A stretch of 63,610 nt of DNA, the filler included, from Octopus bimaculoides (taxonomy: Eukaryota), in assembly GCF_001194135.2 (NCBI RefSeq). It is 5 parts of 3 records of this genome, joined end to end, with 100 filler letters (N's around TTAATTAATTAA, not from the genome) between each part and the next. Parts side by side here need not be neighbours in the genome. Positions count along the whole stretch, not along the records: positions 47,854 to 56,525 come from NC_068986.1; positions 56,626 to 63,610 come from NC_068983.1; 3 more parts are not named here. One strand, written 5' to 3'. Position numbers and translations under genes: made by a program. The notes under the pieces are model-generated. The model had not been told where the DNA came from and searched no databases. It worked only from the letters and a program-made list of their open reading frames with translations. Positions 52,446 to 63,610 of this stretch are shown here, piece after piece; the stretch's first letter is position 1, and every line of letters begins with the position of its first letter.

Positions 52446-54453
52446 ACACAGACACACACACACGCACAAATATATGTAGGTATGTATGTATATACACACA
52501 CGCGATCAATTTATGTTTCAGGTGAAATGAAGAAATAGCGAATCAGGTTACATATGCTTTGAATGAGGGATGTTCACACATACATACACACATGAATAAG
52601 TTTGTATGTGTGAGAGAGTTATGGAAAGGGAATGAGAGAGAATTCATGCAAGAATCTCTCTACGTATATATAAAAGTGTATGTGTAGCTAGATCTAAAAT
52701 TATTTTCAAGTTAATCCGAAGAAAATTGAGTCCGTATTTCCTTGTTATTATTGCTGTTCATGGTAGTGGTGATGTTGGCAATGGGGAAAGTATAGACGAT
52801 GTCAACAATAATAATAGTTATGACAATGAGTCGAATGAAAATGATCTTCCTCCTAAACTGGCCAGACAAAATACTTACGGCCATTTCATCCGCCTTTAAG
52901 TTCTGAGTTCAAATTCCGCTGAGGTCGACTTTGCCTTTCATCCTTTCGGGGTCGATAAAATAAGTACAAGTTAAGCACTGGTGGTCGATGTAATCGACTT
53001 CACTCCCCAAGGGAAATAGCTAGCCTTGGCAGTAGAGAGATAATATCGTTAACTCCTCAGACATAATGCATTTTTTCAGATTCATTACGTTTTGTATTCA
53101 AATCCTATTGAGACCAACTTTGCATTTGATTCTTTCGGTGTCGATAAAATCTAGTCCTGTCAAATACTGGGGTTGATGTATTCATCCAATCCCAAAACCC
53201 CAACATTCAGGCCTTGCGCCAGAAGGAAATGGAAAATTATTATTAGATTGAAAAATTATTAGATTGAAAATTATTATTAGCTTCGGATAAAATGCCTTGT
53301 GGTATTTCTTCCGGCTCGTTACATTTTGAGTTCAAATTTTACCATGGTCAGCTTTGCCTTTCATCCTTTCGAGGTCGATAAAATAAAGTATTGATCATGC
53401 AGTAGAGCCGATATTTCTTCCCCTCAAAAGTTACTAACCTTGTAACCAATTCAAAAATATTTATCATTAGTTTATTCTTTTAGGGATATTAGTGAGATCT
53501 ACCTTTTTTAACGAGTATTTTCAGAAACAATAAGAATTTATTTACATGTCATTGTAGATGATGATGATCAACATCATAATATGAGTGTGCGCGTGTGTGT
53601 CTGTGAGGTCAGGGTATGTTCGTGTCTCCTTGGCTTTATATCGCACAGGAGTTGGAAACGAGCGACACCTTCATACAAGCGGTGATATTTGTTTTCAGTT
53701 CAGTCTTCTCTGAAAATATATCTGGCCATGGTGAAACATTATCTTGCCTGGAAACAGGAATGGCAAGGCCAGGGAAAGGACATTCGGCCGTATAAAATTG
53801 GCCTCAACGAATCCTGCACAGAAAAATGGAAAATGATGATGGCGATAATTGTCTTTGGCCCCATGTATAACATGATCTAGCAAACTTATGATCAAAAGCA
53901 TTGCAGGCATGACTATCCCGGCTCATTCCTTCCCATCTTCGGGAGACCAAGTTCACAATATCCAACAAGTAGGTTTTTATGTCAGTGGAATGTGATCTGA
54001 AGAAGATTTGGTTGATATTTGTAGGAATTGAACTGACTGTATAAATGCACCTTTCATCAATCATATTTTACGGTGGGAATATACTATTTCTATATGTAAA
54101 TCATCGCAGGTATCTTTTGGTAATGACTCCGACATTTTGATCCTCGATTTAAGTAGCGTATGTATATACATGCTTTACTTGTGATAAAGAACATAGTCAT
54201 AGTCGATGAGTAAGATTAAGAGAGTGTGGGGAGAGGGAGAGAAAGAGAAAGAGAGAGAGATTGCGTGAGTGAGTGACAGAGTAAAGGGGAACTGTGGAGT
54301 GAGGAATATCTGGTTGTCATGGAAACTATCATATTGTTGTTAGTACTCTGCTGTCTAATTTTATCTATCATTATGTTTATATATGTATATATCTCAGCTG
54401 CCAATCAATTCCTCTCTATCTCACGAGCTCTCTCTCTCTCTTTCTGTCTCACG

Positions 54454-54555
<102 letters not shown>

Positions 54556-54739
54556 GCGTGAATATATTTAGATATCGATCGATCATATCTATTTATTTAG
54601 TTGTGTAGCAATCTCTTTATGCATTTGTGTGTCTATCAGTTTTTGTATCTTTCTATCTATATATCTACCTATCTATCTGTTTAACTGTATAGCTTCCATT
54701 CTCTTTCTTGTGTGCATATGTGTGTGCGGGTAGATAGAC

Positions 54740-54810
<71 letters not shown>

Positions 54811-56312
54811 CGGACAAGATCTCTTTAGCAACTGAATAGATAAGTGAAAAAATATTGCATCGTCTTTCAGTGACGGGCGGGTGGTGTTCAGTTAGCATTG
54901 TTAACGTTGCAATGAACCGTCTCCATCATCTGGTTTCGAATGTTGGCTGCACTGATTTCCAGTGAAGTTATTAATACTGTGGGTGGACATCACGAATGGC
55001 GCAACACTCTTTATAGACTTTCTCTAAAATAACGTAATTAGAACAGTGGGATGTTCAATTGGGAACAAGTTCTCTGAATATGAAATATTGACGTCGCTGA
55101 GCGAAATATCAGCTCCTCTCGAGGCTGGTTTAGTTATTTATCCGATACGATATATCTATCACTGCATTATTCGATGCAGAGTGTCACCGGAATGAAGTTT
55201 AGCTATCATTTTCAGTCAATCGTGCGACCATATACGTAAACTCTGTCATGGCCTGACTGGGGAAGGCACACTTCTCAGGGGAAGGAATGTAGCTGATTTT
55301 TTTGATTTTTTATGTGGGGGGCTAAGGTGTTGATTCCTGGACCATGCGACGTATTGTGCCCTTGAGCAAAGCACTACATATCACGTTGTTTGAATATATT
55401 CGGCTGAAAATGAGTATCAGCAAGTAGCCAGGAGGTTGACATTCCGATAGAGAAGAGTTATGTCCAGGGAATTAAGGGACTTGTCAAGTGTAACCTCAAT
55501 AACCAACCGACAATCTATTTCTTCTATACGAAAGGTATGATGAAAATGAATCGGGTGAGGGAAAGTCAAGCAATGGGTTATATTTTTATCATTTGTGTGA
55601 ATTAAATGTATAAAATTATCAATAGACAGGTGGATATTCACCGGAAAACGGAGTAAATGGAAGTTGCCTCAGATCAGCGACATGAGGCACATTGTACAGT
55701 CATCTATTAGAACAACTAACTCGAACAGCAAAATGTTGCAGTGAGAGCTCTCTCAGATGACAACCTACTGTCACAGAAAAGAAACCCACCAAAGATATGT
55801 TTCTCGAAAAAGTACAGGGTGTTCATACCTAGAATATCTTCGAGCATTTTTGAAGTCTTGCTTGATCGGGGCTGACGTAGAACAAATATAACAACACCAA
55901 CAACAGTTACAGTAATGTCGACCTACTAATTCGGTGAACTGTGAATCTTATCTTTAAGGGGTGGGGAAGACAAGAAGCAGCATAATAAAAAATTAAGTAA
56001 TTCATCTAATCTGATCCCCATTATAAAGTAGTTTAAGCGCCGTGAAAGGTGCAAATATTGTGAAACTATTGGCATCTTACTTACCTGTTGGCTAGACACC
56101 AAGAAATTTCAGTTAATTTCTAGAGCATTGCCCTCTAATTTATTGCACGGCACGTTTCCTTCCCAAAAGTAATTTTGTTGATTATACACACACACAGACA
56201 CACACACAAATACACACACACACACACAAATACACACACACACAGACAAACACACAGATGCATACATATGGGCGAGTGCATAAATTTATATGAATTTACA
56301 CACAAATTGATG

Positions 56313-56344
<32 letters not shown>

Positions 56345-56406
56345 CACATATATACACATGCACACACGTACACTAATGTGTGTGTTATGTATATATATTG
56401 GCACGG

Positions 56407-56455
<49 letters not shown>

Positions 56456-57673
56456 ATCATATACGAGTATACATATCAATACGTATACTTATGTGTGTGT
56501 GTGTGTATGCACATAACTATATATGNNNNNNNNNNNNNNNNNNNNNNNNNNNNNNNNNNNNNNNNNNNNTTAATTAATTAANNNNNNNNNNNNNNNNNNN
56601 NNNNNNNNNNNNNNNNNNNNNNNNNATATAATAGAAATAATATGTGAGTATATGCATATATACGTACATGTATGTACATACCTACATCTACATGCATATA
56701 TATATACATACAAACGTGGGTGTGCTTGTATGTATACGTAAATATACTTGCACGTGTGTTCAATGGCACGTGAAACAATATATTTCATTTGTCTTGCGTG
56801 GCTGGTTGAAAGCTAGAATTTCCATGAGATATTATAATATGGAACATGTTAATTAACACACACACACACACACATGCCCATGCACNNNNNNNNNNNNNNN
56901 NNNNNNNNNNNNNNNNNNNNNNNNNNNNNNNNNNNNNNNNNNNNNNNNNNNNNNNNNNNNNNNNNNNNNNNNNNNNNNNNNNNNNNNNNNNNNNNNNNNN
57001 NNNNNNNNNNNNNNNNNNNNNNNNNNNNNNNNNNNNNNNNNNNNNNNNNNNNNNNNNNNNNNNNNNNNNNNNNNNNNNNNNNNNNNNNNNNNNNNNNNNN
57101 NNNNNNNNNNNNNNNNNNNNNNNNNNNNNNNNNNNNNNNNNNNNNNNNNNNNNNNNNNNNNNNNNNNNNNNNNNNNNNNNNNNNNNNNNNNNNNNNNNNN
57201 NNNNNNNNNNNNNNNNNNNNNNNNNNNNNNNNNNNNNNNNNNNNNNNNNNNNNNNNNNNNNNNNNNNNNNNNNNNNNNNNNNNNNNNNNNNNNNNNNNNN
57301 NNNNNNNNNNNNNNNNNNNNNNNNNNNNNNNNNNNNNNNNNNNNNNNNNNNNNNNNNNNNNNNNNNNNNNNNNNNNNNNNNNNNNNNNNNNNNNNNNNNN
57401 NNNNNNNNNNNNNNNNNNNNNNNNNNNNNNNNNNNNNNNNNNNNNNNNNNNNNNNNNNNNNNNNNNNNNNNNNNNNNNNNNNNNNNNNNNNNNNNNNNNN
57501 NNNNNNNNNNNNNNNNNNNNNNNNNNNNNNNNNNNNNNNNNNNNNNNNNNNNNNNNNNNNNNNNNNNNNNNNNNNNNNNNNNNNNNNNNNNNNNNNNNNN
57601 NNNNNNNNNNNNNNNNNNNNNNNNNNNNNNNNNNNNNNNNNNNNNNNNNNNNNNNNNNNNNNNNNNNNNNNNN

Positions 57674-57707
<34 letters not shown>

Positions 57708-60295
57708 ATGTAAATATATATATATATATATTTATGTATAATTACATTTATGGATTATGTTATGTTAAATGTGCTCCGTTTCTGATAAATAAAATTGCTT
57801 TTCAAGGTTGTGATAATATAACGGCTGAATAAACATTTCTGTACTTGTACCAGTTTTGTATATTTGGGAAATATACTAAGGGATTTTAAATTGACTCCAT
57901 GTTTCATTGTCTTTAGTTTGTTAATAAACATGCTTCACCCAGCAGTAACTACCTTCAATTTTAGAACCTTAATGGGTGCAGGAATAGTATACTTCATTAA
58001 TGCTCGTACAGTTTTCCGCAGTTGTATAGATCGATAAAACTACATACTAACAAATTTGTTTAAGTGAAATCGAACGCTGGAGAAAATACTTTATTAGTTA
58101 ACAAAAGGAAAGTAAAACACTAGAGCCCTCTTTTTTTTTTACCTCGGACTGCTTTGATTTTTATTTTACTAGTCATTGGATGTTTGATTCTATTTTCTAG
58201 TCATTTAATGCTTAAAAAATCCTATTGTATTCTCACAAATAAATATCATTAATATTGGAGAAAACATGTAAAAAATATTTTGTGTATTGTAGGCATATAA
58301 CCAATTTATTGCGCATATCCATTACTGGTCTGAAGCATAATTTTTTCATGCCGCCTGAAAAATTACCGTGGACGACCAATTTACTATATTGCATCCGTGG
58401 ACCCATTCCCAACCAAATTCTATATGTATCCCAAAACAGAGCTGTCATTTTATAAGACTCATAATTCTATTAACGTCTTGTGATTGAAATGTAGTACTTA
58501 CGTGTGCTTGCGCTGAAAAAAGAAGTGAGATGATTTTAGTCGATTGAAGATAAGAGGCGGAATTTTTAATGAAATTGTTCTCTGTGCTCGGGGACAGTAG
58601 GAAGAAGAATATGCAGAGAAGAGGAATGCTTTGTTGAGTTGTTTGTGGGGAGAAAATGCAGTTTTCTGTTCTGTAAAAAAAAAAAAAAAATAGTTGATTA
58701 TAATTTCAGCAGAAAATGTTGATAATAGAAACTGAGAGTCTTTGAAACAGAATTTGTTTGACGTTAGTGAAAACGTTACTAGTTGGAGTTATAGTCTTTT
58801 AGAAAAGATTTTCTGATGCTGCTGCATATATAGAAGAGTTGTTCCGTCGTTCAGGTATGAATGATCCATTGACATAAGTTCTTTATCGCTTTACTGATCA
58901 ACCTCAAATAATCAGTGATAAGAGAAAGGAAAATCCAGTATCTTAACGTGGTTTTAGTAATATGATATGGGAAAAAAACTTCCAGAAATTGAACACGTCC
59001 GCAAAATTATTACCTTTGTAGCAAATCTGAAAAATCTTATTGCATGTTGCACGTGTGTATTAATGATAGTTCGTTTCAAAATCCTGTGATGATTGCAGTG
59101 AGTTTGTTTAGTGATGTTGAAAGAGTTTTCGCGGTTAGAAATTTCTAGACTCATCAAGAAGATGCTAGAAGAGATTACTTCATGTCCTCTGTGATTCGAA
59201 GAAGTGTAATTATAAAATTGCATGTGGTTGGACACTGGTTCACAGAATGAAATGCGAAAAGTTTCAGTGTTCTGAAATGAAAAACGTTGGGACCTATCAA
59301 ACTTACATTTTCATATATAAATATTTTTTCACTTGGTGTCAGTGTATGTGTGGTAATGAGGCAGTTAGATAAGTTGAAATGTGATTCATACATCTGATCT
59401 ATGATAGTGCAAACACTATTTGATGTTTCGATGTTTTCCGTAGTCATTATTGTAGCTGTTATATGTAAAATGTATAGTGTATTCTAATTAGATGGATTGA
59501 TTGCTACACGTATATTACCAAATTGAGGGACGTTGTAGTTTTGTCAATCACTTGTTTGCTAGTATCCTTGTTTCCCCTTCCAATAAATGAATGAAAAGTA
59601 GTCCGATTCTCTTGTGCTAAGTTTTCAGTGTTGTATATAAATAATTATTAGCGCTGTTCTGATTACATCGAGCGGTTGCTATGGATGTGTTACCAAATTA
59701 GCTGATACTGTACAGCTTGTCAGTCACTTGCTTGTAAATATACTTCACTTGCGCAAAAAGTGTGTGTAAAATGGACCAACCTACTTTTGATACATTTTCA
59801 ATGAGGTATGTAAATGTGTCTCACAGATAGAGAGCAATATGTACAGTGAATCCATTAATTCAAAGACTCCATCAATGTTTCGGAAATCATAAAAATAATG
59901 ATCCTATTGACTGGTAACATGTCAAACACGTGGAGAGTTGTGAGAAACTTTCATGTTCGTCCAATAAATTTCGTCCTGCTGGCAATAGCCATTTAGCAGT
60001 ACCTACGTTAGATACATATTATAGCAAAGTAATATATGCATATACACATACATATATGTACATTCTTACGTATATATGTATATACATATGCATATATGGC
60101 TAAAGGACGTCATAAAACGTAAGCAACATCAAATACGAAATACGAAAACATGGAATACGGACTTTTTTGGCGAACAACGAAAGAAATGGAAAACAAGACA
60201 AGTAACATAAAGAACGACCCTTCATCAGTTGTTGGCTGTTATGCCAAAGACATGTATTCAGTTTAAATTACAGAGAGACATCACTCAAATTTATA

Positions 60296-61578
60296 TTAGG
60301 TTGTTCCGAAAATGATGGCCGCTCTAAGCGTTGTGTTCTGAAACACAATTTTATCATAGTATCTTAATTATATTTTAGGTGAAATTCAACATACTTAATA
60401 ATTGATGCATGCGCTTTAATAACTTTCTACTTATTACAGACAGACGACATTCTTGAAGCATAAGTGCCCTCAATTATGAATATGCCAAAAAAAGGGACAT
60501 TTGCTTACTTTGCTTGTATGAGTTCAAGCTTGGGCACAATGCCTCCCAAACTGCTACCAATATCAATGGAGCATGGGGAGAGGGGTCCGAAAAGGATCGC
60601 ACAGCACAAAGGCGGTTTCAGAAATTCCGTAACAGTGATGGGAGCCTTGAAGGTGAAGAAGGTAGAGGACGGTCATGCAGTCTTGACAATGAACAATGGA
60701 AAGCGATTGTTGAACGAAACCCACGTCAAAGTGTCAGAGAAATGTCGCAGGCATTTGGTGTCGGTATTGCAACAGTCTCTCCCAATCTGCAGAAGATTGG
60801 TCAGGTGAAAAAGCTCGATAAATGAGTACCGCATGAGCTCAATAAAAATCAAAATGTTTAGCGTTTTGAAGTGTGCACGATGCTTTTTCTACGAAACACC
60901 AATGGTCCTTTTCTTGACCGAATAATCACTTGTGATGAAAAATGGATCCTTTATGATAACTGTAAACGATCAGGTGACATTTGCTTGGTCGTGATGAAGC
61001 CCCTAAACATTTCCCAAAACCAAAGTTGTATCAGCAGAGGATGAGGGTGTCTGTCTATGGCCTGCAATTGGTGTTATTCTGGAACATTCTGGAAGCCAGT
61101 CAGAGCATTACAATAGACTTTTACTGCAATCAACTCGCTGAAATGTATGCTCACTTGCAAAAAATGATACCTCCATTGGTGAATCAGCGTGGCTCAATTC
61201 TGTTTCACGATGATGCAAAGCCACATGTTGCAAGAATGAGCCTGCAGAAACTCACAGACTTGGGATACGAGACATTGCCACATCCTCCATATTCTTCTGA
61301 TCTTTGTCCTACTGACGACCCTATTTTAAGGATTTAAACAGGCTTTTAAGTGATAAAACTTTCAGGTTCAAACCAGTGGTGGCATCAGCTTTATGAATTT
61401 TTTAGCCTCAAAGTCAATTCGTTTTAATCAACAAGGCATAAACAACCTCGTTGATCGATGGCAGAGATGCATATATGTTCACGGCTCATAGTTTGATTCA
61501 TCAGAACATTCCTATTGCTAATTTTCTCAGAATAAAATCTTGTTTCTCAAATCGGCCATTATTTTCGGAACAACATAA
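60296..61578 (+). mobile_element. Full-length (1283 bp) mariner, cecropia/Hsmar1-like, inactive
   Basis: TIRs TTAGGTTGTTCCGAAAATGATGGCCG (60296-60321) and CGGCCATTATTTTCGGAACAACATAA (61553-61578); TA on both flanks; internal transposase. Confidence 0.95.
60476..61497 (+). pseudogene. DD34D mariner transposase pseudogene
   Basis: YEFKLGHNA...KKLDK*VPHEL...FLDRIITCDEKWILYDN...HDDAKPHVA...LGYETLPHPPYSSDLCPTD...RWQRCI; contains stops (including W>stop in WVPHEL) and frameshifts. Confidence 0.93.
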
Positions 61579-61677
61579 TATTAAAATATTCTATTTCTCA
61601 GATTTACATAGTTGTTGCAGCGGTCATTCAGATTTTCTAAGCCCTGTAAAAGAACTTGGAAGTTTGGACCTCCATCG

Positions 61678-61714
<37 letters not shown>

Positions 61715-62962
61715 NNNNNNNNNNNNNNNNNNNNNNNNNNNNNNNNNNNNNNNNNNNNNNNNNNNNNNNNNNNNNNNNNNNNNNNNNNNNNNNNNNNNNN
61801 NNNNNNNNNNNNNNNNNNNNNNNNNNNNNNNNNNNNNNNNNNNNNNNNNNNNNNNNNNNNNNNNNNNNNNNNNNNNNNNNNNNNNNNNNNNNNNNNNNNN
61901 NNNNNNNNNNNNNNNNNNNNNNNNNNNNNNNNNNNNNNNNNNNNNNNNNNNNNNNNNNNNNNNNNNNNNNNNNNNNNNNNNNNNNNNNNNNNNNNNNNNN
62001 NNNNNNNNNNNNNNNNNNNNNNNNNNNNNNNNNNNNNNNNNNNNNNNNNNNNNNNNNNNNNNNNNNNNNNNNNNNNNNNNNNNNNNNNNNNNNNNNNNNN
62101 NNNNNNNNNNNNNNNNNNNNNNNNNNNNNNNNNNNNNNNNNNNNNNNNNNNNNNNNNNNNNNNNNNNNNNNNNNNNNNNNNNNNNNNNNNNNNNNNNNNN
62201 NNNNNNNNNNNNNNNNNNNNNNNNNNNNNNNNNNNNNNNNNNNNNNNNNNNNNNNNNNNNNNNNNNNNNNNNNNNNNNNNNNNNNNNNNNNNNNNNNNNN
62301 NNNNNNNNNNNNNNNNNNNNNNNNNNNNNNNNNNNNNNNNNNNNNNNNNNNNNNNNNNNNNNNNNNNNNNNNNNNNNNNNNNNNNNNNNNNNNNNNNNNN
62401 NNNNNNNNNNNNNNNNNNNNNNNNNNNNNNNNNNNNNNNNNNNNNNNNNNNNNNNNNNNNNNNNNNNNNNNNNNNNNNNNNNNNNNNNNNNNNNNNNNNN
62501 NNNNNNNNNNNNNNNNNTATATATATATATATATATGTTTCCACACGTTCTGGGTCTCTTAGGCTACATCAATAAAAAAAAGGATATATATAGTGAAGTC
62601 AATTTGCCAAGGTTAATTAGCAGTCCTGCGCACGAGAATGTTATTACTATTTAACCCCATGAAAACATTTTCAGCTACCAACCGACACGTCACCTGTGCC
62701 TGTATTCTGTGAGCAATGGAGTTAATGCTCCCCCTCCAGTCTTAGCGATTGTTGCAGACCAATGGATATTTGCATTCCTCGGTGCAGGACGATCACTGGC
62801 TAGGGATGGCAGCGACTCATCAAGCTCACACTATATACTTTAAATTCAGTTTATATTTTATATACTTTAAGTTGAAACACCAGCACTAATCTCGTAAAGA
62901 GGAAAACAAATAATTGTAAATCTCTGAGCGAGAAAATATAGTAACGGTACATATACATATAC

Positions 62963-63005
<43 letters not shown>

Positions 63006-63270
63006 CATACATATCAACTACATACCTGTGAGTTTGTACGAAATGATAAACTCCATTGAAATAATTAAAAATATGAATTCCATACTAAAACTTATTCAAA
63101 TCCCAAAGTAGGGTCATATAAGACATGGAATTCGAATTATTAAATAGACTATCATATGAAACGTAAACTGCTCTTCATTTCTATGCGCATGTGTAATGTA
63201 CACAACACTTGCATACATTACCCTATATATGTATATGAGTCCGTAATACATACACATACCATAGATAAAT

Positions 63271-63305
<35 letters not shown>

Positions 63306-63610
63306 CGCACATATATACGTATATATGTGTGTGTGCACGTATAAAATATATATATATATATATGTATGTATAAGAATATATAACGATAAATATTTATATA
63401 AAGGTATTAGTGGATACATTTATATAGAGAGATAGGGATTCATATGTAAGCTCATACATTTATATAGCTATATATTTCACATGTGTGCGTGCGCATAAAT
63501 ATATGTATATATACATACATATATGTACATACCTACATCTACATGTATATATAGATGCATATCCGGGTAGCCATATGTGTATATATATATGTACGTATAC
63601 ATGTATGGAT

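Noticed and set aside
55417-55641. Possible Penelope RT remnant (..QAMG)
   Set aside because: Only a 3-residue resemblance; not supportable.

Overview
AT-rich animal genomic DNA with many microsatellites and scaffold gaps. The SINE and microsatellite content suggests an octopus or other coleoid cephalopod (inference). Bases 1-~30 kb hold 18 minus-strand coding exons of a MARCHF6 (MARCH6/TEB4/Doa10-family) ER-membrane E3 ligase. They splice in frame from ENIVSDSFQGC to YEHIKND(K), except where a gap cuts one exon. The last exon lies left of the window and the N-terminal RING-CH exons are not visible, probably lost in the linker gap at 30820-30919. A CpG-richer, promoter-like zone occupies ~31.1-33.3 kb. 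The rest is repeat-rich with no host gene I can support: a full-length dead cecropia-type mariner, RTE and RLE-type LINE fragments, SINEs and Penelope-like remnants. The main unexpected signal is five hammerhead ribozyme motifs. One is a canonical type I hammerhead at 32186-32262 (+), antisense to and abutting the candidate MARCHF6 first exon, ~180 bp from a pre-miRNA-like hairpin. The others are minimal or variant motifs at 3112-3163, 40999-41054, 42353-42395 and 48097-48145; three of these four sit in or beside inverted repeats. All folds and alignments were done by eye.
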